A program made the position numbers and the translations under genes. DNA of 64,000 nt from Gnetum montanum (Eukaryota; Plantae; Gnetophyta), in assembly GCA_015680685.1 (NCBI GenBank), contig MNCI01003186.1:1081570-1145569 (forward strand). The letters run 5' to 3'. The notes below the pieces were generated by a model. That model saw only the letters and a program-made list of their open reading frames with translations, did not search any database and was not told where the DNA came from. Positions 49,187-62,403 of this stretch are shown here, in pieces. The number at the start of each line of letters is the position of its first letter. Within the stretch, counting starts at the first letter, position 1.

Positions 49187-52011
49187 ATGGAAACTTTTTA
49201 GTTTTAAATGAAAAATAGGAGACACCATTCATAACAAAACCATTCATTCTAATTCCCTGAATCTCTGGGCAACTAAGAAATGGAAAAAAAAAACATCAAG
49301 GTTTAGTAATAGATGCAAGTGATCTAAGTTACATAGCCGCTCCTTGTTCGGCTCTTAATTGTTTGTTTTTTTTTTTAATTCTTGTTGTTTAGGTTTACTT
49401 TTTTTGTCCTCAAAATTAGATGCATCTCATCTTGATTTTAGGTCAAATCTTTGTGGGTAGTTTGCTTTTGTTTACATTTCATGACCTTTATAATATAGTT
49501 GTCCATTAAAAAATGAGAGCATGTGAGAATGCTGGAGTTGGTCATAAGCCATGAATGATCCTTTGAAAAGTCTGCCCCATTTTGGATTTAGCAACTAATG
49601 ATTTGGATGATGGTGGATCATCTGCTTTTATTGTTTTTGGCTAATATGTACTTAGTTGGGCAAATGGGCATGGATATTTAATAATTGGTACAATTCTCAT
49701 AATATTAAAATATGTTAGGCCACTTGGGTAGGAGCTCTCTAAACCCCTTTCCATTGGAATACGATGTGATGTTTTGTCCATTGCCTCAATGGTTTGCAAT
49801 ATGAAAAGTGACAAACAATGACAAGTGAAGGTAAGTAATCAAAGACTAAAATAACATTGGTGAGAAATATGAAAATCAAAATAAGATTAGAATATTAGAA
49901 TTAAGCTTAAGACCTTTCATTTTATAAAAAGCAATGGTGGATCCTTTTTAAAAAGCTATAGGAGATAGAAGGGAGTTTCGACAACCCTTAGATGATTATT
50001 TGAAGATTCCTCTTATGGAATTTCTTTTTAAATCTATAATTTAGTGTTGTATAATAGGGATCATCATTTGGAGTGATGCTAAGGTGCACATTTCTCAAGT
50101 CAAATACTTGGGTTTGATCCTAGCCCCAACCACTTGAAGAGGTTAGGCTTTCACTCATCTATTGACCCTCCTAAGATCTTGCTTAATGGAAACTTTTACC
50201 AAGCCAATACTTTTACCACTAACCTAATCAAAATTTAAATATACTTGCTATTCCATAAACTTGCTCCTAGCAAAATATATGGTGAAACTACATAGTGCCC
50301 AACTAGACTTCCCTAAGGCTAATGCTTGAGGCCATTGATATTCAATACTAAATTCCCTCCTATAATATATTGAAATTTTAAGCTCAAAAGGTTAATATAT
50401 TGAAATGTTGATGTTGCTTATTAGTATGGTTACTTTAATTTTTCTTTAATTTCTTTTCTTTTGTATCTTTTTTTATAGTATACTAGAGTTTATTTTTTCT
50501 ATTGTTCATTTCGCATGGTAGACATAAAAGTATGCATTTTATATATAGCTAGTTATACCATGCGTGATTAATTATATTGATGATGGTTATTTAAAATTTA
50601 TTATCATTCATTTTAAATTGTGATACTAACAATGAGCTATTAGCCCAATAGTAAGACTTTTGATTTGAAAGCTCCTAGTCATGGGTTCGATTCTAGTGGA
50701 CAATTCTTAGCAATAAAATTTTGTTTGGACTATATATCTTAAGGTGTACCTATATTACTATTATTTTAAGGTTCCAAAACCACCTCCTAGATGATTGTTA
50801 AACAAAATTCTACTTGGACCTACACATAGAGTCATTAGGTAGGTCAATAATTATATTGTCTATATGAGTATAAACTATCCTAGGATAGTTAAACTTGTAG
50901 GTGGTAAGCATAGGTGGAAGGCTAGGCTAAGATATGGATTCTAATAAACAAGTAACATGTATGAGTGTTTATAAAAGGATAGGGTTCCAAGGTTTATTTC
51001 TCTGCATCAAACTTAATATTTGTGACATTTTTATCATTTTCACTTATTGCTTGGTTAAGAGAGTGTAATTTCATAAGTTGTTCTAATTCTAGTAGTAGCT
51101 CCTTCATACATATCTAAAATCACTTTAATTTATTTATCAGTGATGTATTTCCTTTGCAAGACCCATTAAACAATATCTCTAAGTACTCTTTCATATGATT
51201 CTTCTAAGTCAATGAAGATCATATGTGGATTTTCTTTAATTTTTTTTAAATTTCACCATTAATTGTCATATTAAGAAAATAGCTTCTATAGTATATCTTC
51301 CAAACATGAATCCAAATTGATTTTTTGATTCAAAAAAAGGCTATGCAAGTATGTTAACACCAAGCTACTACAAACACTACTAAAGTCTCTTCTACAAATG
51401 TTGTAGATGCTACAGAGGTTTTTTCTACAAATGATATAGATAACAATTTCTTTTACTAATGCTTCAATAATTGGCCCACCCTTTTCTTTTACTATTGTTC
51501 AACGAAATGTAGCTTTGAGAAAGATTCTAGTTAAATCAATTACAAAGAATTCTTTAATGAGTAAGGAGAAATAAATATTTTTTCCTAAAGTCTCATAGAA
51601 ACTTCGTGTTGATTCAAATGGTTATTCATAATAATAATAAAAAACATTGAAAAAGTCTATTTATTGGCGATTGCATGTCAAATCTTCAAAATGGATAACA
51701 TGTTCAAAATATTTTAGCTCCTAATAATTCATTTGCAACTATTGGTTAAGAAATGAAGATAATATCATTTGATAATGTTCATTTTATTGACAAGTTGGGG
51801 GCCTCCTCCCCCTTCACCTAATGTTAATTTTTTCATGGAATGTATAATTCCTACCTCATAGGCGAGGTTTTTCAGGATTGGCATTAAGGATGGAAACTTG
51901 AAAAGACATCCCCAAAAATTGTAGGCTTTTTCTTTTGTATATTTGGTGTTTGTTCTCTTTGAAGTACTCCTTTGCTTTTGTCTTCTAACTTTTTATTATA
52001 TATATATATAT
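49187..52011 (+). repeat. Copy B of the block found inverted at 502-4160
   Basis: Reverse-complement colinearity with 502-4160. Confidence 0.92.
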
Positions 52012-52566
52012 GTTTGACTCATTATCTTGTAAGGTAGGAGGTTGCCAATTCAAGTTATATTTATGGAATCCTTATATCCTTCTATAATTCTTCTAAAACC
52101 TTATGTTAGTTAAATATCTTCAGGTTTAGTTCTTTTGGGTTGTGATATTTCTTCACCCCTTCCTCTTACTCCACCTTCATTGAAAAAACATCAGATATGC
52201 TAGAGAAAATTTAGATAGTCAACTTATTTTGGTTTTGATAATTTTTATTTGTATCCTTTCCAACTCACCAAGGCATTTCCTATAGACATAGTTAGTGAAA
52301 TAGGCCTCATTTTGAAGTTCATTTAGATGCAAAGGTTATAAACATAGATGATAACTTATAAGAAATCTATAACTAGTACAATGCAAGTTACATTCCTTAC
52401 CCAACAAATTACACATTCCTCGATAGCTTTACAAAATTATTCCCAATAGATACTAATGCTTTAACCAGAATGAAACTAGCATTGTTGAGCTATTGACTAT
52501 TATATACATTTGACTATCCAAACCACTCACTTATTATCTTGCTATATAAGAGATTGATAATAGGTC

Positions 52567-52900
52567 TTAGCCTAGTGGTAAGTTACTTGATTTGAAATTT
52601 CTAGGTTATAGATTTGAATCAAGTGGATCATGTTTGAGTTATATAAAGTTTATATTGAACTTTTTATTTTGTGGTGTACCTATGTTTCACTTATTTTGGG
52701 TTCCAACACCCCACACTTCAAGTATTGTTATTGCACTATATAGTTTGGGGTGTACTTATGTTTCATTTATTTTGGGTTCGATTTTGGTGGACAATATTAA
52801 GTTATAAAATTCTATGTATTTGGATTATATATTTTAGGGTATACCTATGTTTCAATTATTTTGAGTTCGAATAACCTCTACATTTTAATCATTGTTATAT
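52567..52900 (+). mobile_element. tRNA-derived SINE-like element with a thrice-repeated GTGTACCTATGTTTCA.TTATTTTGGGTTC body
   Basis: TAGCCTAGTGGTAAG A-box-like start; repeats at ~52673, ~52750, ~52838. Similar heads at ~2850 and ~50634. Confidence 0.4.
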
Positions 52901-53471
52901 TCCTATCTTATTAGCTATATATTTTGGTATTTAGGTGCAATCCAATTATTTCCTACCCAATAAGAATATTGTACTTAAAAAAACATTCCATTAAACCATT
53001 AAACCTTTCCTTTTCGAATTAGAATTCACAAATTAAATTATTTTAATTTCCACACCCCTTACCATTCAACTTCTTTTTTTATCACGGTGTCCTATTTTGG
53101 TAACCGGCCAGAATTGCAAACACAATGAATAGTCACAAATAGGAAAAACCACAGGTTCTGCATAGTATTGATAACAGCGAGCAAGATATTGGATGGTCCT
53201 TCATGTAAGGATTGAACAGAGAAATTGAATAGAAGTAATTGCTGATTCTGATTCTGATTTTGCAGCGCAACATTTAGTATTGAAAACATGTCGTTCGCAA
53301 AGGTGAATGTGGCGGATTTCATATTCTGTAAGTTATGCGGCATGCTTCTTGTATCTCTATGGTACTAAATGAGACATCAATGGTATTACTAGCTTCATGT
53401 ATTATTAAACTATCACATATTAGATTTGTTCAAAAGAAAATTGTAAATTTGTCGTGAACAAGCTACCAATA

Positions 53472-53490
53472 TTAGGGTTTAGGGTTTAGG
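53472..53490 (-). promoter_or_regulatory. Telo-box (AAACCCTA) pair in the 5' part of RPA12
   Basis: TTAGGGTTTAGGGTTTAGG. Telo-boxes are known in the 5' regions of plant ribosome-biogenesis and translation genes. Confidence 0.55.
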
Positions 53491-56400
53491 CTTACATCAT
53501 GTATTGTTGCTTGGCATTTGCAGATTTCTGTGGAAAGGAAATTTGGACAACCATTGGGGTCGAGGTGAGCTCTGCTTTACCATTTTAACATGTTAACTAG
53601 TAAAATACTAAAATGATTTTAAATGCTACAAATTTGAGACTGAATGCAAAGCTTGTTCTACATACATCAAAGCATAGTTTGGTAGCTTGGCGTATTTATT
53701 TCCATTATGAAGTGTTTTATTGTATTTCTGATAGAACATAAGAATTGGGATATAAGGCCAAACATTTCATGATCTTTGTGTGAGGATTTAAAGCATTATT
53801 CAGTGTTCCAAAGTCTGAAACTAGTTTGGATGTATTTAGTTTATTTAATATTTCTGGGATGGAACATTAAATATGGACCCAACCACAAATTTTATTTATT
53901 AGATAATGTAAAAAATTTCATCACATCATAGCCAAGAGCTATTCTGAGACAATTAAACAAGGAGATCTTGGAAGTATTCAAAATTACAAGACTTACAAAA
54001 TTTGACCAACTTTTTTGAGCTTCATTATCACCAAAGTCTCTTTCTTTCCAATTTTTTAAAAAAACTACTGCAAAATGAGGGATCAGGTAATCATTACATA
54101 AAACAAACCAGCAAAAAACCTTATAAACTTTGAACATATTTTTTAGGAGCAGTAAATTTAACAAGTCAATTCACAGGTAACTTTTGTGACTCATTAATGA
54201 AGTTTACAAAGAAAGAGAAATTTTGTATTGGGGTGGTTTTACATCAAGCTTGGGTGTAGTCACATGAAAGAAGTTAGGCTTTTATTCATCCATCAACTCT
54301 TCTAGGACTTCACCTTGGTGGCATGAGCATTGAGCCTATGGTTGATCTAGGCTTTTTATTAATCATTTATGCAAAAGTCACTTCTTATTCAATAAGACAT
54401 CTTTTCTTATTTTTCCTTAGGCACTTGTATTTGTTAATCAAATTCTCTCTTCATTTTTGATTCACTGTTTTAATATCCCAACAAGCTTGCTTGCAGTATT
54501 AATTGTATAGGCTTGTGACACCTAGATTTTTGTGTTATGGTGACCTTTGTAATTTCTTATGAAAGTACATGCACCAAAGTTTTATCCTATCTTGCTCAAT
54601 TCAATGTCCTTATATTTCTCTACAAGCAAACAACATAGATGACCCAAAAAAAAAAATATTTTTGGTAGTGAATGAAATGTTGACTTTTAATTCCAAATTC
54701 TAAGTGGTGAGGGTTTGGTTCAACTAAATACTCACCTATATTAAAATTCTTTATTTGGTTAATATTTTTAGTAGACAATAAGAAGTGAATGCAGGAGTTA
54801 CCTTGGTATATTTATAAAAATGAATGCTACAGTCCTATGGAGCACATTCTAGATATTACAATTTAACAAATCCAAAGTTTTCGCCCATTTCATTAACTGT
54901 TGTTCTATTTCATTGGTAATAACTTTGATAGAGTATCTAGTTCAGGATTTCTAGCAATACTACTAATGCCCTTAGTTTGCATTGCTACTACATGATTTTT
55001 GTTTGTTGTGATCCTATTTTGGCATTAAAATCTCTACCAATAAGAACTACATCCTAACTAGAACACTATGCTATATCTGCTCTTAAATATTAAGATGTGT
55101 GGTTTCTAGATATCCCTACATTGTTGTTGAATGTGGCATTTCTAGGAGCAAAATAGTAGACAACCAAAAGGATGATCATACTTTTGCTATACTTTGCATG
55201 AAATAAATTGTCTATATTCATCTATCCTTTCTAACTATATATGTTGTACTAAATTATTTGAAATCAAAATGACAATACCTCGAAAAGATCTTTGTCCTCC
55301 ACCTAATTTCTTATTTTTAAAGCAAATTTACTGAATCCAATATGATGGAATTTTTAGAGCCTTCATCTTCTTAAGTTTTTACTAGTTCAAAAATATAAAA
55401 ACAAAGAAAGAATCCAATGCTATTTAACAAAACAATCTCATTTGCAACTACATCTCGCTTTTGATGAAACCAAAACATAGTGAATCTACATGTCTTGTTT
55501 TGGTATTTTTATTTAATAATAGCTCAATTCTTCTGTATTTAAATAGGTGAACTTACCTTCTACATGGGCCTTTTTGACCTTGTCCATTATTTGTTGTTCT
55601 TTTCTCTCTCTCTTTGTGTTTTTTTTTTGGTTGATTAGTTTAGATTTTGTGTGGTCTTTGTTGATCCAAAAAAATTTTTGTGTTTAAGGATGCTCCAATT
55701 GTGTCGTTCTCTACCTCTAGTTCTAATAAAATAATATTTGAAGCATATGAAAATATAGCAAGGTCTGTCACTTTTTAGGCCACTCTAAGTGCATCTTCAA
55801 ACTACTATTTTGGAATGTGCATAGGTTCCTAGAAGAAATTGGAGATTTCTGCCATGAGATTCTTGTTGCTTGCTTATTATTATTGTTTCTTTTATGACAA
55901 CCCCAACCTAATGTAGGTTCAACTTTTCTTTTCCCTTTTCTCCTATTTCTCCTTCATTGCTTTTGGTAATGCAAAACCCTCTTCAAGCTTTTCCTCAAAC
56001 TTCGTTCAGCTGCTGATAATTTTGCCTTGATAACATCTTTTTTGGAGAGGTTCTTTAATTTTCATTCGAGAGTCACCAATTGTGTACAGATGCCACTATT
56101 TTATGAATTCTGATTAGATAACTAGATTTGTGTAGCTAAACCCTGAATGGTACTCTCCATGCAATTGGTTATTCTTTTTCCATAGCAGCATTCCATTTTA
56201 GCTAGGGGATGAGACATGGGGTTTCCATTTTATTTATCTGTTAAATCTAGGGCTATTCCTTTAAGTGTTTGCCCAAAAATAGTTCTTTCCTTAACCTCTT
56301 GCTGGATGGATATTTGCTTCACTGAATAATGTCATAATCTTTGTATTAAATTTTGTAGCACTGTATTTGCATGTTTGTTGACAAGCATAAAAAGTTGATC

Positions 56401-57129
56401 TAATAATTGCTTGTTCTAACCTATCATCATCAACCTATCCTTATTTCAATAGTATAAGATTAGCTACATGACTTCTCTTTTGCTTTTTTTTTTTATTTTA
56501 ATGATCAAATGGACATCCCAAATGTATTGTGACTAGGACACAAAAAGATAATTCTATTTATAGAATAAACAAATAGTTATCTTTTTCTATTTTCTGCCTC
56601 TATTATGAGCTAAACATTTATTTATCTGCATATTTTTATATTATCTTCAACTATTTTCTTTTCATGTTCTTCTTCTTCTTATTCTTCTTCTTGGCTTTCT
56701 TAGAACCATGATGTGGTATTTTTTCTGAGAGGCTCATCATGTGATTTTTTTTTGAACAAGATCAAAGCACATAAGATGTTATTCATATAGGTTATCTGTA
56801 ATAGAAGTCACTCCAAGTCTTTCTCTAATGTTTGCATTGTGCAATTTTTATTTTTTGTTAACATTCAACATCTATTTAAGCATTCACATATATGCCACAT
56901 TAATTTGTTATTCATGCCTTATTTTATAGTGTAGTATTTAGCACTACATAAAAATAGCAAACTTGATCACTTTCTTGTAAAATGTTTCTATTAATGTTGT
57001 TGAGATCCTTTTTGTCATATAAAATGCCACTAACCTATCTCCATTTTAACCATAGTGCCTCAATCTATTTCTTATATTCTCATTGGTTTCATCATTTACT
57101 ATTTAGAGTGGAGGACTTTTTTTCCTTGA

Positions 57130-58180
57130 GTTGTTATTTATGTTCCATCACTGTTCATACTTTCATTGAAATTACATTCCATATATTGTGTTTTGTTTTT
57201 TCTAATTTTGAAGCCTAATGATTCTAGATCATTTGACCACATTTCCATTTTAGTAGTAATTTTTGCGTGAGATGTATCTACCAACACAATATCGTCTGCA
57301 ACCAATATACGCCAAGGGATTTCATCTTGTATTTTCTTGCTTTGTTCATTCATAAAAATAGCAAACAAGTAAGAATTGAGTGAAGACCCTTAATGTAGAC
57401 CTATTTTGATTAGGAAATTAAATTTTTTTCTCTCAAGTTATCGAAATTCTATAATAGTTTCTTTGTATATATATTGAAGTACTTTGATATATTTATCACG
57501 GATCCTTTTCCTTAGTAAGGCCCACTTGATAACATCTTTGGGTACTTTATCATATGCCTTTTTGAAGTTAATAAAAATCATATGTAGATTTCCTCTATGT
57601 TTTATGAACTTCTCAACTAATTGTTATATAAATATATGAACTTTATAGTTAATTTTCTTGACATGAATCCAAATTGGTTTTTTGATATTCTTGATTCAAT
57701 TGTGAGGTGTTTCTCAATAACTCTCTTTCAAAGCTTCATACTATGCCTCATAAATGTAAAATTATTTATAGCTTCCATAATTTTAAACATGTTCTTTATC
57801 TTCGTAGTAGATAATTCAATTTTCAGTAATTTCTCCATTCTTCAAACTTTTATTAGCCATAAGAGTTATGTATGTCCTATTACTTTCTAAGCTTCTTTAG
57901 AAATGATATTTGATTTGGTAGCTTTGACAATTTTCAATTTAGTTAAGTTTGTCTTCATTGTAAAGAAGGAAAGTTCATTGACCATTGCAAAATTTGGTTT
58001 TTATTGGATATCTTTTTTAAAAAATTTCTTATTTAATAATTTTTGAAATAATTTTTCCAACAATCAAAAATTTCATTCTCTTTCACCAAAAAATTTATAT
58101 ATCGATTTTGTATTTTTATATTTTTGAGTTCTTATATAGATTTTCTTTTCATTTGTTCCTATTTTCTTATAGAAACCATC
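57130..58180 (-). mobile_element. Decayed RTE-type LINE RT fragment in RPA12 intron 2 (copy B)
   Basis: ORF 57138-57368 KIQDEIPWRILVADDIVLV...LESLGFKIRKNKTQYMECNF is characteristic of plant RTE RT. Confidence 0.8.
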
Positions 58181-59956
58181 CAAGGCCTTATCTTTCGCTT
58201 TTGCTAATAGATAAAATTATCTTTTTGGTTCCCACATTGTTAAGATATATCAAATTTGTTATATATTACTGTGGAAAAATTTCCAATTCTCTCAGCTAGT
58301 AGTTTCTTCAATGCAGCTCTAGGTTTGAGAATAGTCATCTAAAGTTCCAAGGAGAAGGGATCGAAGTTCTTTGTTTTATCCTTATGTGAAAATTTGTTTA
58401 CTTGGAAGCTATCATTAAATATTTTTCCAAGATTGACAAGCATGCAATGAATATCTAAAATCAAATTGTGTTCTTTTATTTTTAAAAATAAAATAAATTC
58501 TGTTGATCTTCGGTAATTTTAAATTTTTCACTTTTAGCTTTATGTTACCTTGAATGTATGGTTTTTGTAGTTGAAGCATTGGGATCTCCCTGTATATATT
58601 TTCTTCAATATCATGGCATCACAGTTTTTCTTGTCTCAATAATTATTTCTATTACTATTGTTTCTTTTCAGTCTTATCCCAAGCCTATTCATAGTGACAA
58701 TAGTAAACAATCCATTTCAATCTGCAAGACCTTAGGAAACATGTCAATTTTGAACCATTTTTATCTTTAGAAGAAAAATATGTGGGGCAGCAAAGGGCAA
58801 CAGTGACTACCTTTCATGTTTTAGTGATACAAAATCTTTTGTTCCCGTATTAACATTATCAAAAACCTTTATTTTATTTTAGGTAAATGAAGAATGTCCC
58901 CAATGCAAGAATCCACAGCTAGAGTTATATACAAAACAGGTACCTGTACCTATCAAATTCGCTATTAATCTGTAACTTGTTATATTTTCTAAGCTGTTTT
59001 TGATATTGTTTAGTATTGAGAACTTCTTTTCACTTTTTTTGTTACAGTTACGATATGCAGATAAAGGGCAAACAATGTTTTATGAATGTCCAAAATGTCA
59101 CTATGAATTTTCATAGAACTCATAAATGAGTAAAAGTTGCTTCCTTGGTGGAAAGTTTTAAAAAATAAAAAATTTAGTGTCTATTCTAAAATTTTATTCG
59201 AGATAGTCCACATGCAAATTTTCTTAGACATTTTTTCTAAATAGTGCTCTTTTGTGTAGCTCTTACAATGTTTTAAAATATTTATCTGTGGTGCCAATGA
59301 AAGATATCATTTAAGTAGTGGTACTCTTTGTAAGGTTTGATGGGTGGATGCAAGTAGATTTTTGAAATGACATTATTAGATTGATTGGCATCCATAATAT
59401 ATTTACTTATTATGTGATTTTTTCCTAGTTGCTATGAAACATAGATCCATTACCTTTAGTAAAAAGTGAACCAAACAAGACACTTTTACATTGTACTTTG
59501 ATTTTTAATTTTAATATATCTTTATTTTTTAGATTGGACATGCCAAAGGGAAAAAAAGGCAAGCTTATTGGTTGCCATAAAAAACGTAATATGATTTATT
59601 GTTATATAACTAACATGAACAAAAATTGTTGATCTTTCATTAGTTATTGTTGATGGCAAACTAAATAGACTTCTTGTACAAATGTTACAATTATAATGAC
59701 ATAATGATATCATGAAGAATATTTATATTATTTTTATGAGTTTTGTATAGGATCATAAAGGATTCACTAAGAAGCTCAATCCTCATCCTGCTAAGGGAGT
59801 GTCTTGGAAGAGTCATGGATGAGTAAAAGCTTATCTCTTTCGAGTAGATTTACCTAAACTCAAGCTCAGATCGTACAACTTGAGGAACAAACACTTTTCT
59901 ATCCCTCCAAATGATAGTCTTAGAGTTTATAATTTCACAATATATCAAACTTATAN

Positions 59957-62334
59957 TAATGTAAGATGGAGATGGAAGATGCTGCACAGCTGCTAAGGAA
60001 TTTAACTATACATTAAATGCAATATTCCAGAAATCTCTCAAAATGTGATATACCGTAATTGAACCTATGCTCAATTTCCTAAAACAATTACAAAACATGT
60101 TAATGGAAATTCATAGGAACAATAATGTGCATTATCATCTCTAGTGCATAATGAACACTATGAGACAATCTAATTTAGTATAGTGTACAAAAACATTATT
60201 GTTATTTTAATATCACATAGCTAGTACAAACTCTAGTTTAAAGAAAAGTCCTACCTTTTAACAAATGCCTATTTTCTTCTCAACAAATAAATAATAAGTA
60301 TTACAGCAATCCATACAATTTTACTATATCCATGCTCCATAATGTTATAATTTCCAAACCTTTGCACAAGTGTAGCATACTAGAAAGATAATGATTTAAA
60401 CACCTTTGAATCCCTAGTAACGATATTCCTTCTTATAAGCTTGTTATCTTGGGTGATATTCATGTGCTTAAATTCTCATGTATCATAGTTGCTTTTTTAG
60501 GATTCATTCTCTACATTTTCTTTAATGCCTCTATTTTGTTGAGAAGGGTAATTGATTTCCATTTTTCTGAATTTTCTAATGATGTTATCTTTGCTGCAAT
60601 GTCTTGCAAGTTCAAAACCGTAAGTTATATATATATATATATATATAAGCAACAATGTCAAAATATGAACTCTAATTAATGCTATCACTTTTTATCTATA
60701 TAAATGCATCATGCTATTAATAAAGTGCACTAACTATTTTTCTCAAGCATCTTTGTTTCTATTATTAATCTAATTAAACATTTCTCATAATTACCTATGC
60801 AAAAAGAAGTTGTCAAGTTCCTATTTTTCAACTTCAAAAGTTGAATCTTTCAAAATTTTGAAAACGGAATAAATTTAGCCCAAAAACCAATATGAATGTT
60901 GAATTGAGTCAACCAAAGGGCAGATCTAGATATATTTTGTTCTTGACTAAATAAACTTATAGTCCAGTTAACGCTATGCATTTTATTCAAAATAGTATTC
61001 ATAGCCATCACTAATGTTTCAACCATATGGATCAATCATGGTCAACTTGATATTGATGGTTAAGTAGTGCCATTTTTGTAACAACAAAACATGGTCAATC
61101 ATAAAATTTGTTCCTTGAATTGGAAAAATCGTTTTAGACATGTTTGAATTATTGAAGTGATGAGTGATAAATAAATTATGTCACAACAAGATTTGGTGGT
61201 TAGGCACACACGGAAAAATGGTTGGGCAATGGAAAATACTACTCCATAATTTTATGCATTTCAAAGCAAAATATTGGGCATACTAGTTACATTTCTCACG
61301 AAGTGTACAAACTGTAAATATTGGTTTCTAACATGGTAAAGTGTAATCTAATGATGTTGTTAAGAACAAAAACAAGGAAAAAAAAAGATTTGATTACTTT
61401 TAATCAATATGACTTTGCGGAAGGTAATAATAGAGAAGAAAACATTAGCATGAGTAATGTGCTAGAGTCATTAGGAAGATAGAGAAAATACACCAAGGTA
61501 CAAGATAAACCAACATCAATGTTTCCAATAAAGGTTATTCATGTCTATTCAACTAACAAGTATTTCTACATAAGCATATAAATTAATTTCTTAAAAGTTG
61601 TATCAATACTGATCTTTGGGAACACTACATATGAATGACGAGCAATATCTCATTACATAACGTGACCACATGGTGTAGACAACCATTTATCACTTGCCAT
61701 AGCTATGTTTCAATAACTGTGTTTTATTTTTTAAAGTCCTGAATGTAAATTATGATAACAAACTGAAATATTTTCTTATAGCAAGAAACAAAATCAAATA
61801 CTGGAAAAATAAAAACTATTGAAATTAAAGAACTAAGAAAATGTAATGAAATATACCTGCCCATAATCTACTAGTATATTTGAGTTCTTCAGCCATATCA
61901 TAGCAGCATCATTTTTTTTAGACGTTTAGCGAGAACATTAAAAGCATAAAGTTCTACAAGTTGCATATAATCTTCTTTTGATGTTTGAAAATTGTTAGGG
62001 TCTTCGTACCAAAAAGCCTTTGTTGCTTCACTCAAGGAAAAAATGGAACATGAATTGTATTTGGAAAATGTCCATTTTTGAAAGAACTCCTCAAGGGCCC
62101 TTTTAGCCATATGATATTCTTCTTCAGAAATTTGCAGGCACACCCTACAGGAAAGGAGAATCAGCAAATAGGTAATAAATGCCATTTTCTAATGTGTGTG
62201 TATATAGTACACCAAATAAATAAATTTGTTAGAAAATTCCTAAGAAAATAGCATACCTAGCCTTAAAAACAGAATATGGGATAAGAGGAGTAAAGCCAAA
62301 TAATTCCTTCAGGTGCCTGAAAATATCTGATGTC
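59957..62334 (-). pseudogene. APEM9: APEM9 pseudogene, copy B (exons 3-6; exons 1-2 not in the window)
   Basis: TSDIFRHLKELFGFTPLIPY; ORF 61898-62185 VCLQISEEEY...VELYAFNVLAK then a frameshift; last exon ILRDFWNIAFNV*LNSLAAVQ. Confidence 0.85.
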
Positions 62335-62403
62335 CTACAAAGTAAGCAAAAAATACCAAGTCAGTAACAACTGCATAGAAAAGTAAGCAAAAAATACCAA
62401 GTC

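Larger units (their letters stand above)
53288..59125 (+). pseudogene. RPA12: RNA polymerase I subunit A12 pseudogene, copy B (exon 1 from 53288; 53524-53564; 58728-58802; 58883-58939; 59048-59125)
   Basis: MSFAKVNVADFIFCKLCG then the frame breaks; (D)FCGKEIWTTIGVE; DLRKHVNFEPF...QQRAT; VNEECPQCKNPQLELYTKQ; LRYADKGQTMFYECPKCHYEFS*. Exon 3 acceptor is AA, not AG; 5.2-kb intron 2. Confidence 0.88.
53923..62375 (+). repeat. Copy B of the direct duplication (paralog 6412-12866 plus 30421-32615)
   Basis: Colinear throughout; lacks the 17.5-kb element; small gap at n 59956. Confidence 0.95.

Noticed and set aside
53472-53490. Interstitial telomere or chromosome-healing site
   Set aside because: Fewer than three TTTAGGG units; better explained as telo-boxes.
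53288-59125. RPA12 copy B as a functional gene
   Set aside because: Frame break after FCKLCG, AA at the exon 3 acceptor, altered RSADEG motif and an early TAG.
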